10,147 nt of DNA, taken from contig NW_021827613.1 of NCBI RefSeq assembly GCF_006345805.1, positions 1 to 10,147 on the forward strand. Reading direction: 5' to 3'. Origin of the DNA: Octopus sinensis (Eukaryota). Below are positions 1 through 7,881 of the stretch, in pieces. How positions within the stretch are numbered: the first letter of the stretch is position 1; each line of letters begins with the position of its first letter. The notes beneath the pieces are model-generated. The model worked only from the letters and a program-made list of their open reading frames with translations, was not told the DNA's origin and did not search any database. The translations under genes were made by a program, and so were the position numbers.

Positions 1-12
1 ATTATTATTATT

Positions 13-74
<62 letters not shown>

Positions 75-86
75 TATTATTATTAT
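1..86. repeat. Compound (ATT)n/(ATC)n microsatellite
   Basis: Read directly: att x4, about 20 atc units, att x4. Confidence 0.95.
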
Positions 87-283
87 GGCAGCGAGATGCT
101 AAGGACAAAGATGCTTAGCTGCAGTTCGTCCGTCTTTATGTTCTGAGTTTAAATTCCGCCGAGGTCGACTTTACTTTCACCCTTTCGGGATCGATAAATT
201 AAGTACCAGTTGCACACTGGGGGCGATGTAATCGACTAGTCCCTTTCCCCTAAATTGCTGCCCTTGTGGTAAAATTTGAAACC
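87..283 (+). mobile_element. tRNA-derived SINE family A, tail variant A2 (Meta/MESC-like central domain), diverged
   Basis: Aligns by eye to 4272-4502 (gagtttaaattccgccgaggtcgacttt...ccctttcgggatcgataaattaagtaccagtt) but ends cccttgtggtaaaatttgaaacc followed by (att)n. Domain name recalled from known SINE central domains, not searched. Confidence 0.85.
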
Positions 284-299
284 ATTATTCTTATTATTA

Positions 300-411
300 C
301 TAGTGGGACCCGTAGAAATTCTACAGAACGATAAAGAAAAGAAAGAATGGATGATTTGCAGTTTTATTTTAATTTTGCTGTTATTTCACCCCCAATCACA
401 ATAATATACGA
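300..411 (-). mobile_element. Candidate miniature non-autonomous Helitron
   Basis: Minus strand reads A|TCGTATATTAT... hairpin (plus gtagaa-a-ttctac, 312-324) ...CCCACTAG|T: TC start, subterminal hairpin, CTAG end, AT target, no TSD. Confidence 0.45.
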
Positions 412-438
412 TTTTTTTTATATACATACATACATATA

Positions 439-443
<5 letters not shown>

Positions 444-489
<46 letters not shown>
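444..489. repeat. (AC)n then (TA)n microsatellite
   Basis: Read directly. Confidence 0.95.
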
Positions 490-491
<2 letters not shown>

Positions 492-520
492 GAGTGGCTA
501 TGTGGTAAGAAGCCTGTCGT
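490..520 (+). mobile_element. SINE family B 5' half with large internal deletion
   Basis: aggagtggctatgtggtaag (B head) is fused directly to aagcctgtcgt (end of B 5' half); compare the reverse complement of 4804-4971. Confidence 0.7.
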
Positions 521-529
521 ATATATATT

Positions 530-727
530 TATTTCTTTACTATCCACAAGGGGCTAAACACAGAGGGGACAAACAAGGACAGACAAAGGGATTAAGTCGA
601 TTATATCGATCCCAGTGCGTAACTGGTACTTAATTTATCGACCCCGAGAGGATGAAAGGCAAAGTCGACCTCGGCGGAATTTGAACTCAGAACGTAACGG
701 CAGACGAAATACCACTAAGCATTTCGC
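530..727 (-). mobile_element. SINE family A, tail variant A1, 5'-truncated
   Basis: Reverse complement closely matches 4272-4502, minus the first ~30 nt. Confidence 0.92.
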
Positions 728-786
728 ATGCTTGTGTGTCGGTGTTTGTGCTCCCACCATCGCTTGACAATCGATGTTGTGTTCAC
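728..786 (+). mobile_element. SINE family B 3' half fragment
   Basis: tgtgtgtcggtgtttgtgctcccaccatcgcttgacaatcgatg matches the reverse complement of catcggttatcaagcgatgctagggggacaaacacagacaca (4722-4763). Confidence 0.7.
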
Positions 787-795
787 AGTGAAAAG

Positions 796-915
796 ACCTC
801 TCTCGCCTTCTCCCCAGGGAATAGATACTCACCTCCTTTAGCCTCTCCCAGTAGACCATCTTTTGCATAGTCAATCTTTGTGTATTGGCGCTGGATTGCT
901 TCGAGTTCCACAGTT
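796..915 (-). pseudogene. CR1/L2-group LINE ORF2 fragment (post-RT region), frameshifted
   Basis: Minus-strand translation VELEAIQRQYTK / MQKMVYWERLKEVSIYSLGRRRER fits the LExIQRxxTK...YxERLxxLxLYSLxRRR motif of CR1-like ORF2. Confidence 0.8.
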
Positions 916-1042
916 TGTTTCACACACACTTTCTCCCCATTCCTCACCCTCTTTTACTATCCTATATCTCTCTCCACCCCTACACACTCAATAATACTAT
1001 TAAAAGAGACGAATCTCCTCATAAAAGTCAATCTGAAGAATC

Positions 1043-1045
<3 letters not shown>

Positions 1046-1084
<39 letters not shown>

Positions 1085-1103
1085 ATATATATATATTATA
1101 TAT
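1046..1103. repeat. (TA)n microsatellite
   Basis: Read directly. Confidence 0.95.
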
Positions 1104-1114
1104 CGGTGTCTGAC

Positions 1115-1158
1115 TCTAGGCCGATGAAGGACAATGATCCTGAAACACGTGTCCTAGA
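1115..1158 (+). ncRNA. Minimal type-I hammerhead ribozyme-like motif (Penelope/retrozyme type), U4C variant
   Basis: Stem I tctagg(1115-1120)/ctaga(1154-1158) with one bulged G; core ccgatga (1121-1127); stem II agga/tcct; gaaa (1142-1145); palindromic stem III acacgtgt (1145-1152); GUC cleavage triplet ending 1153. Confidence 0.65.
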
Positions 1159-1327
1159 TGCTGCTTCGGCGGCCGGGGGTGTTTGTCTCCCCTTCGTAAA
1201 GGTATATAAGGACACAGGGAAAATGTGTCAAAGCCATCAGGAGGCGTTCGATGCTCCTAGGGCTATACAGCGGTGGTATACCCCCCTACTGTCACGTTCG
1301 TGTTAGATTGACAGTATAAAACCATTC

Positions 1328-1349
1328 TATATATATATATATATATTAG

Positions 1350-1415
<66 letters not shown>

Positions 1416-1428
1416 GTATGTATGTATG
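1328..1428. repeat. (TA)n/(TATG)n microsatellite
   Basis: Read directly. Confidence 0.95.
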
Positions 1429-1534
1429 TTAACATTTAGCAGAAGTAAGAGAGTGATTCAAGGTCGGAGACTTTGGTGCCAAGGTACGAAGGTCTCCGAC
1501 CTTGAATCACTCGGTTACTTCTGCTAAATATTAA
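1429..1534. repeat. 106-nt near-perfect inverted repeat (foldback/MITE-like), TTAA at both ends
   Basis: Paired by hand around 1481/1482: 52 positions give 46 Watson-Crick pairs, 2 G-U and 4 mismatches. Confidence 0.92.
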
Positions 1535-1861
1535 TTAAAATATACAGATACTCTTACATGAAGTTCTAGTTTTCCAGTTTGCATCAACACACCTATATAT
1601 ATATATATATATATAAAGTTGATCCAAACAAGAAAACACAGAAAAAAAGAGAAAAAAAAGAGAAAAAGATACATATATGTGGGTTTGTGCGTGTACGCAT
1701 GTACACACACACACTTATATATGAGAGAGAGAAAAGGAGAGAGAACATTTTGAAAAAGACAAAGAATCCATCGTTATAGTGTTTGTTGTTGCCAGTGGTG
1801 ACATTGTTGTGGTATTTGGATAAAAAGGAAAAACTTTTCATACTTTGTCTGCTTGTCTTTC

Positions 1862-1910
1862 TTCTCTCACTCTCTCTCTCTTTATCTCTCTCTCTCTCTC
1901 TCTCTCTTTA

Positions 1911-1962
<52 letters not shown>
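1862..1962. repeat. (CT)n microsatellite
   Basis: Read directly. Confidence 0.95.
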
Positions 1963-1966
<4 letters not shown>

Positions 1967-2080
1967 GTCTTCTTTCTCTCTCATGGGAACTTCACATGTG
2001 GTATAATGGCTGCCATACAACTCAACTGCTCTTCGAGAAGCAGCAGCAAAAGATAAAAAAAAAAAAAGAAAGGAATTGGA

Positions 2081-2277
2081 ACACCACCACCACCACCGCA
2101 ACCACCGCCACCACAACCACCGCCGCCCTCACCACCACCGCCACTAACTCGCATAACGCCAATAACGCAAACATCACAGCCAACACGTCCACCTTCACCC
2201 TCACACTACCACCACAAACGCTACTATCACAAACAATGCCGAGACAAACACCACCACCACCACCACCGCCGCCACCA
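2081..2277. repeat. Degenerate (CCA/CCG)n low-complexity tract
   Basis: acc/cca/ccg triplet runs at 2081-2143 and 2248-2277. Confidence 0.8.
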
Positions 2278-2375
2278 TTATCGACCCCGCGACACCTTCT
2301 CAGCCGAAGACGCTTCATGCAACTGTTTTGACGAGAAAAGAAACGTCACAGCTGTGGCAGTTGTTGTGACGGTAC

Positions 2376-2440
2376 CAGCAATACGGGTAGACACAGCAAT
2401 ACGGGTAGACACAGCAATACGGGTAGACACAGCAATACGG
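2376..2440. repeat. Perfect 18-bp tandem repeat x3.6 (cagcaatacgggtagaca)
   Basis: Units at 2376, 2394 and 2412, partial unit at 2430. Confidence 0.95.
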
Positions 2441-2575
2441 CAAAAACACAATCACACACACCCACACACACACACATGCACACAGTGTCCGTTGGTCTTG
2501 TAATATCTTCCTTCCTTTCAGTACCATTTGGGGGTAAATAAAGAACTTCTATTGTTATACAAATATCAATAATAA

Positions 2576-2763
2576 GGATTTCAAATTTTGCCACAAGGCC
2601 AGCAAGTTCGGAGGAGGGGATAAATCGATTACATCGACCCTAGTATACAACTGGTACTTAATTTATCCACCCCGAAAAGATGAAAGGCAAGTCGATCTCC
2701 GTAGCATTTGAACTCGGAACATAAAGAAGGGCGGAATGCCGCTAAGCATTTCGCCAACTCACC

Positions 2764-2765
<2 letters not shown>
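2576..2765 (-). mobile_element. SINE family A, tail variant A2, diverged
   Basis: gatttcaaattttgccacaagg tail, actggtacttaatttatccaccccgaaaagatgaaaggc central domain and tttgaactc B box, all in reverse orientation. Confidence 0.85.
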
Positions 2766-2800
<35 letters not shown>

Positions 2801-2802
<2 letters not shown>

Positions 2803-3350
2803 TGCCCTGATGCAGTAACAGGCAGTGGCTCTCATGGCTTCTGATCTTAACTGATTGGAAGTGTTATCATGTACTTGGTTTGTCTTGGTATAAAATGGGC
2901 TACAGCAAATATTCTGCTCAATACCACAGATTTGCTTCTCAGTTATTTGACCGTAACCAGTTGAGCATGTCCCTTAGTGGCTGACGATATGTGCATCTCT
3001 GATCATGAGCAGAAGTAGTGGGGGGGAGCATCATAGCCAGTGTTGAGAAGGATTCTTTGGGGTTTGAATAATTCACCTCTGGAAACATGGGTGTTCATTC
3101 AATGTCCTTAAACAACCCTTATTCAGGGACCTTTTGAGCGGGATGGGCTACTCAATGAAGAAAATTCTAACTGGTCCCACCTGCAAGGTCATGCACTGTT
3201 ATCTTGATATGAGATCACCATGTCGCGCACATATGGTTGTGATGCATGTGCCTGGTGTACCCTTATCAGACGGGAAGTCATGATGGGTATACTGGGCTTC
3301 GTATATTTTACCCCAGTGTCACTTTGATGGCATGAACTGCTCTCTCACTC
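2801..3350 (+). mobile_element. Repeat family C: probable 3' UTR of an (AAT)n-targeting non-LTR retrotransposon (Dong/R4-like) or derived element
   Basis: Closely similar to 7370-7861 with the same 3' end (ctgctctctcactc); (AAT)n on both sides (2766-2800, 3351-3368). Clade is inferred from target preference only. Confidence 0.75.
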
Positions 3351-3377
3351 AATAATAATAATAATAATCCTATGTTG

Positions 3378-3422
3378 GGATTTGAACTCACAACGTAAAG
3401 GTGCAAAATACCGCCGTCATTG
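3378..3422 (-). mobile_element. Degenerate family A SINE head fragment
   Basis: ggatttgaactcacaacgtaaag...aaataccgc resembles ggaatttgaactcagaacgtaacg...gaaataccac (676-714). Confidence 0.5.
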
Positions 3423-3457
3423 TTACTGCTGCTTTCTTTCTTTTACTTGCTTTTTCT

Positions 3458-3816
3458 TGTTTCAGTCATTTGACTGCGGCCATGCGGGAGCACCGCCTAT
3501 TCTTTGTAAGCCCAGGACTTATTCTATCGGTCTCTCCTTGCCGAACCGCTAAGTGACGGGGACGAAACACACCAGCATCGGTGTCAAGCAATGCTAGGGG
3601 GACAAACACAGACACACAAACACACACACACACACATATATATATATACATATATACGACAGGCTTCTTTCAGTTTCCGTCTACCAAATCCACTCACAAG
3701 GCATTGGTTGGCCCGGGGCTATAGCAGAAGACACATGCCCAAGATGCCACGCAGAGGGACTGAACCCGGAACCATGTGGTTGGTAAACAAGCTACTTACC
3801 ACACAGCCACTCCTGC
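3458..3816 (-). mobile_element. tRNA-derived SINE family B, near full length, with internal (CA)/(TA) microsatellite
   Basis: Minus-strand head aggagtggctgtgtggtaag (A box) and gggttcagtccc (B box); tail catggccgcagtcaaatgactgaaac; collinear with 4568-4971. Confidence 0.92.
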
Positions 3817-4271
3817 TGTTTCTATTTTCGCCATCACGGACCAGATTCTCCCTCAGTCCACCAATCATCAACCATAGAATAATTCGAAGACATTCAGACT
3901 TCGGAAGAACTTGTAAATCGGAATTGAACGAATCTGATCAAAGTGTTGAAATGGTAAAACGGTGTGAACCAAGTCTCTGCGGGAATAAGGTTGTTGGGGG
4001 GGGGGGAAGCCAATACTGTTTCAATATGGCGAAGAAACTCGAGTTATCTATTTATTCGCCATTCGCAGCGATTGCTAAGCCGCTTATGTCTACCGTGGTC
4101 GGGAGTCTGCCAAATAAGGATGTGCAGCTTTGACTACACATCAACGTGGACATTGGCGACAACCCGAAGGTGGAGACACACACACAGAATTATAACAGAC
4201 AGACACTCGTATATATGCACACATGTATGTATATATTCGTGTATACATACATTGTATATATATATATATAT

Positions 4272-4502
4272 GGCGGCGAGCTGGCAGAAACGTTAGCACG
4301 CCGGGCGAAATGCGTAGCCGTATTTCGTCTGTCGTTACGTTCTGAGTTCAAATTCTGCCGAGGTCGACTTTGCCTTTCATCCTTTCGGGGTCGATAAATT
4401 AAGTACCAGTTACGCACTGGGGTCGATGTAATCGACTAAATCCCTTTGTCTGTCCTTGTTCGTCCCCTCTGTGTTTAGCCCCTTGTGGGTAGTAAAGAAA
4501 TA
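4272..4502 (+). mobile_element. SINE family A, tail variant A1, full length
   Basis: ggcggcgagctggcagaaacg head, gagttcaaattc B box, gcctttcatcctttcggggtcgataaattaagtacc central domain; near-identical to 8726-8957; sits in (TA)n. Confidence 0.93.
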
Positions 4503-4526
4503 TATATATATGTGTTGTGTGTGTGT

Positions 4527-4567
<41 letters not shown>

Positions 4568-4569
<2 letters not shown>

Positions 4570-4971
4570 TACTTGTTTCAGTCAGTTGACTGCGGCCATG
4601 CTGGAGCAACCGCCTTTAATCGAGCAACTCGACCCCGGACTTATTCTTTTGTGTAAGCCTAGTACTTATTCTATCGCCTCTTTTTGCCGAACCGCTAAGT
4701 AACGGGGACATAAACACCCAGCATCGGTTATCAAGCGATGCTAGGGGGACAAACACAGACACACAAACATATACACACACACTTATATATCTATACATAT
4801 ATACGACAGGCTTCTTTCAGTTTCCGTCTACCAAATCCACTCACAAGCATTGGTCGGGGCCGGCCCGGGGCTATAGCAGAAGACACTTGCCCAAAATGCC
4901 ACGCAGTGGGACTGAACCCGGAACCATGTGGTTGGTTAGCAAGCTACTTACCAGACAGCCACTCCTGCGCC
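4568..4971 (-). mobile_element. SINE family B, full length
   Basis: Collinear with 3458-3816 and 6017-6486; (TA)n on both sides. Confidence 0.93.
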
Positions 4972-5039
<68 letters not shown>

Positions 5040-5122
5040 AGAGAGAGAGAGATACATACATGATGTATATAGACACACGTATATATATATATATATGTAT
5101 GCATGTATGTATACACACAGAT
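4972..5122. repeat. Compound (TA)n/(GA)n microsatellite
   Basis: Read directly. Confidence 0.9.
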
Positions 5123-5124
5123 AC

Positions 5125-5440
5125 AAATCCATCCAAAGCTAAGACCACGGGCCGTACGTCCCCTACCTGATTCAGGATCGCACCACAATTTCTTTTCCTC
5201 AACAAGTTCTGCCCTATTTAACCTTGTCTCAAAGCAGATCAATAGAAAAAAAAAGATTCCATCCTTTAAACGGAATCTGGACAAATTTCTTCAAGGAATA
5301 CCAGATAAGCCACCTATACCTGGATACAACTCACCCAACAAGAACTCGCTACACGAATGGCAAATGCTGCAACAAAACTTGGCGCTATTAAGTTTGACAT
5401 GACCTGGACCAATCTTTGGTCGAAACATAAGTTACCCAAG
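5125..5440 (+). pseudogene. CR1-group LINE 3' end (ORF2 C-terminus plus tail stem-loop)
   Basis: HNFFSSTSSALFNLVSKQI...SFKRNLDKFLQGIPDKPPIPGY...NSL fits the CR1-like ORF2 end (LFNxLPxxI...FKxxLDKFLxxIPDxP); tail hairpin gaccaa/ttggtc plus gaaac at 5407-5426. Confidence 0.8.
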
Positions 5441-5460
5441 TTTATATATATATATATATA

Positions 5461-5802
5461 GTGAGTGACCCCCTTCGGTCAGACACTGACCATGGGTTTG
5501 CACCTAGAGAGTTACTCTCTGAGGCACAAGTCTGGGCAAGGTTGTTTCATGGAAGACCAGCAGTCGCCCATGCATACCGGCCTCCCCTCTCCACGTCACC
5601 GATGTTGTCCAAGGGAAAGGCAAGGGCCGATACAGCTTGGCACCTGTGACGTCGCAACTCATTTCTACAGCTGAGTGAACTGGAGCAACGTGAAATAAAG
5701 TGTCTTGCTCAAGAACACAACACGCAGCCCGGTCCGGGATTTGAGCTCACAACCTCACGATCGTAAGCTCGACGCTCTAACCACTGAGCCACGCGCCTTC
5801 AC
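5461..5802 (-). mobile_element. tRNA-derived CORE-type SINE (family D; resembles octopus OR-type SINEs), full length
   Basis: Minus strand: A box tggctcagtgg, B box-like gagctcaaatccc, CORE-like tgtgttcttgagcaagacacttt...cactcagctgtagaaatg, 3' hairpin ggtcag/ctgacc; (TA)n both sides. Confidence 0.88.
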
Positions 5803-5840
5803 TATATATATATATATATGTATACACGTGTGCGTGTGAG

Positions 5841-5994
5841 GGTGTGTATGGTAAGAAGCTTGCTTCCCAACCACATGGTCCCGGGTTCAGTTCCACTGCG
5901 TGGCACCTGGAGCAGGTGTCTTCTAGTATAGCCTCGGGCCGACCAGAGCTTTGTGAGTGGATTCAGTGGAAAGAAACTGAAAGAAGCCCGTCGT
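5841..5994 (+). mobile_element. SINE family B 5' half
   Basis: tggtaagaagcttgcttcccaaccacatggtcccgggttcagttccactgcgtggcacc...gaaactgaaagaagcccgtcgt. Confidence 0.9.
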
Positions 5995-6357
5995 ACATAT
6001 ATATTCTTTTTTTCTTTGTTTCAATCATTTTACTGCGGCCATGCTAATGTACCTCCTTAAAGGGTTTTTGGTCGAAGAAATCGAACCCAGGACTTATTTT
6101 TTGTAAGCCTAGTACTATCCATATATTTTGCCGAACCGCTAAGTTACGAGGACATTAACACACCAACAACAGTTGTCAAGCGATGGCGGGGGACAAACGC
6201 AGACACGCACACATAAGTACATATACATACACATTAAACACACACACACACACACATATGTATATATACACGACGGGCTTCTTTCAGTTTCCGTCAACCA
6301 AATCCACTCACAGGGATTTGTTCGACCCCGGGGCTATAGTACAAGACACTTACCCAA

Positions 6358-6390
6358 GTAAGCTTTAATCTGAAACAGATTAAAGCTTAC
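6358..6390. repeat. Perfect 15-bp inverted repeat, 3-nt loop
   Basis: gtaagctttaatctg-aaa-cagattaaagcttac. Confidence 0.92.
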
Positions 6391-6428
6391 GAGTTCAAAT
6401 TCCACCCTTTCGGGGTCGATAAATTAAG
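6391..6428 (+). mobile_element. Internally deleted family A fragment
   Basis: gagttcaaattcc joined to accctttcggggtcgataaattaag. Confidence 0.75.
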
Positions 6429-6643
6429 AGACTAAAGTAAGGTAAGTTTAGAGACTAAACCCAAAACCATGTGGTTCGGGAGCAAATATTTATATATAAA
6501 TATATAAATACACACACAGAGACTTATGAAAATGTAGGTTAGATATCACATTCTAAATATATTAGAAGAGAAGCTATAAATGCAGGAACTGAAGCAGGGC
6601 AGACGATAAGATATCTAACGCTGATAATATATGTATAAATATA

Positions 6644-6645
<2 letters not shown>

Positions 6646-6704
<59 letters not shown>
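6646..6704. repeat. (TG)n microsatellite
   Basis: Read directly. Confidence 0.95.
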
Positions 6705-6708
<4 letters not shown>

Positions 6709-6932
6709 ACAGTAGACGTCGTTTAAAGAATAATTTAAAATGTTAAGTGAGGCCCTTTGCTAAGTAGGAAAGGTTATTATGCAAATTAGGCGAACGAAGT
6801 TGGTATTTATTAAAAATGACTATAGATTACCGCTGCTGCTGCTAGAGCGCGTCCCCCTCTCCCGACACACATTACAACCCTTCACAAAGTATATGCGTCG
6901 GTACTGTTCAACTATTATTCACACCGAAAAAA

Positions 6933-6948
6933 TGTGTGTGTGTGTGTG

Positions 6949-6988
<40 letters not shown>

Positions 6989-7004
6989 GTGTGTGTGTGT
7001 GTGT
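6933..7004. repeat. (TG)n microsatellite
   Basis: Read directly. Confidence 0.95.
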
Positions 7005-7213
7005 ATAAAGTTAATTCTAAAACGGAAAAAAAGACAAGAAAACAAACAAAAAATAACGCGAGGCCGTAGCACATATACAGCAATAAGATGCTCAGGGAAG
7101 GAAAAGTGTGGTCGTTTTACGTTTCGAGCATAGGCTCTTCTTCGGAAAGAGGAAACATAGGGAAGTCCAAAGGGAAAAAAAGAAAGAGGAAAAAATCGCC
7201 AACAGTCCACGTG
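7005..7213 (-). mobile_element. Probable Penelope-like terminal-repeat remnant carrying a hammerhead-like motif
   Basis: Contains the hammerhead-like motif at 7112-7150; its edge tataaagttaattctaaaac resembles tataaagttgatccaaac at 1612, both abutting microsatellites. Boundaries approximate. Confidence 0.5.
7112..7150 (-). ncRNA. Degenerate minimal type-I hammerhead ribozyme-like motif
   Basis: Minus strand tcttt-ccgaaga-a-gagc(ctat)gctc-gaaa-cg-ta-aaacga: core, 4-bp stem II, GAAA, palindromic acgt stem III, GUA triplet, weak stem I. Confidence 0.5.
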
Positions 7214-7229
7214 TAGTTAGATTTTTGTA

Positions 7230-7267
7230 AGGTCGTACTCCAGCATGGCCGCGGTCGAATGAAACAA
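7230..7267 (+). mobile_element. Isolated family B-type 3' tail
   Basis: aggtcgtactccagcatggccgcggtcgaatgaaaca versus B tail ctccagcatggccgcagtcaactgactgaaaca. Confidence 0.65.
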
Positions 7268-7335
7268 TATGTATATGTATGTATATATGTATATACGTTT
7301 GTATGTGTATATATACACATGTGTATATATATGCG

Positions 7336-7369
<34 letters not shown>

Positions 7370-7370
<1 letters not shown>

Positions 7371-7861
7371 TCATGTACATTGTTTTGTCTTGGTATAAAA
7401 GATGGGCTACAGCAAATATTCTGCTCAATACCACAGATTTGCTTGTCAGTTGTTTCACCTTAACCAGTTGAGCATGTCCCTTAGTGGCTGACGATATGTG
7501 CTTCTCTGATCACGAGCAGAAGTAGTGGGGGAGCATCATAGCCATGTGTTGAGAGGGATTCTTTGGGGTTTGAATAATTCACCTCTGGAAACATGGGTGT
7601 TTCATTCAACATCCTTAAACAACCCTTATTCAGGGACCTTTTGAGCGGGATGGGCTACTCAACCTGAAGAAAATTCTAACTGGGCCCCACCTGCAAGGTC
7701 ATGTGCTGTTTATCTTGATATGAGATCACCATGTCGCGCACATATGGTTGTGATGCATGTGCCTGGTGTACCTTTATCAGACGGGTAGTCATGATGGGTA
7801 TATTGCGCTTCGTATATTTTACCCCAGTGTCACTTTGATGGCATGCACTGCTCTCTCACTC
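7370..7861 (+). mobile_element. Repeat family C, second copy, further 5'-truncated
   Basis: Matches 2866-3350; (AAT)n on both sides (7342-7369, 7862-7881). Confidence 0.8.
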
Positions 7862-7881
7862 AATAATAATAATAATAATAA

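Larger units (their letters stand above)
6017..6486 (-). mobile_element. SINE family B, diverged, interrupted at ~6358-6450
   Basis: Collinear with other B copies up to gacacttacccaag (6358), resuming at gagactaaacccaaaaccatgtggtt (6451). Confidence 0.88.

Noticed and set aside
880-1127. ORFs ending in YIYIYI, and similar VCVC/THTH ORFs across the window
   Set aside because: Translations of (TA)n and (TG)n microsatellites.
1783-2331. 182-aa ORF with LS, poly-T and poly-P runs
   Set aside because: Built from (CT)n, A-run and (CCA)n repeats that lack stops by composition; no domain recognised.
2376-2440. CRISPR-like direct repeats
   Set aside because: Head-to-tail units with no spacers, no cas genes, eukaryotic context.
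3591-4133. 180-aa ORF as a gene
   Set aside because: The first ~75 codons are antisense SINE B, with the same peptide recurring at 4738; the remainder has no recognisable homology.
5398-5430. Third hammerhead (hairpin followed by gaaac)
   Set aside because: No CUGANGA-like core 5' of the stem; better explained as a LINE 3' recognition stem-loop.
5725-5802. tRNA gene on the minus strand
   Set aside because: A and B boxes are present but the acceptor stem is poor and the sequence runs on into a CORE-SINE body; it is a SINE head.
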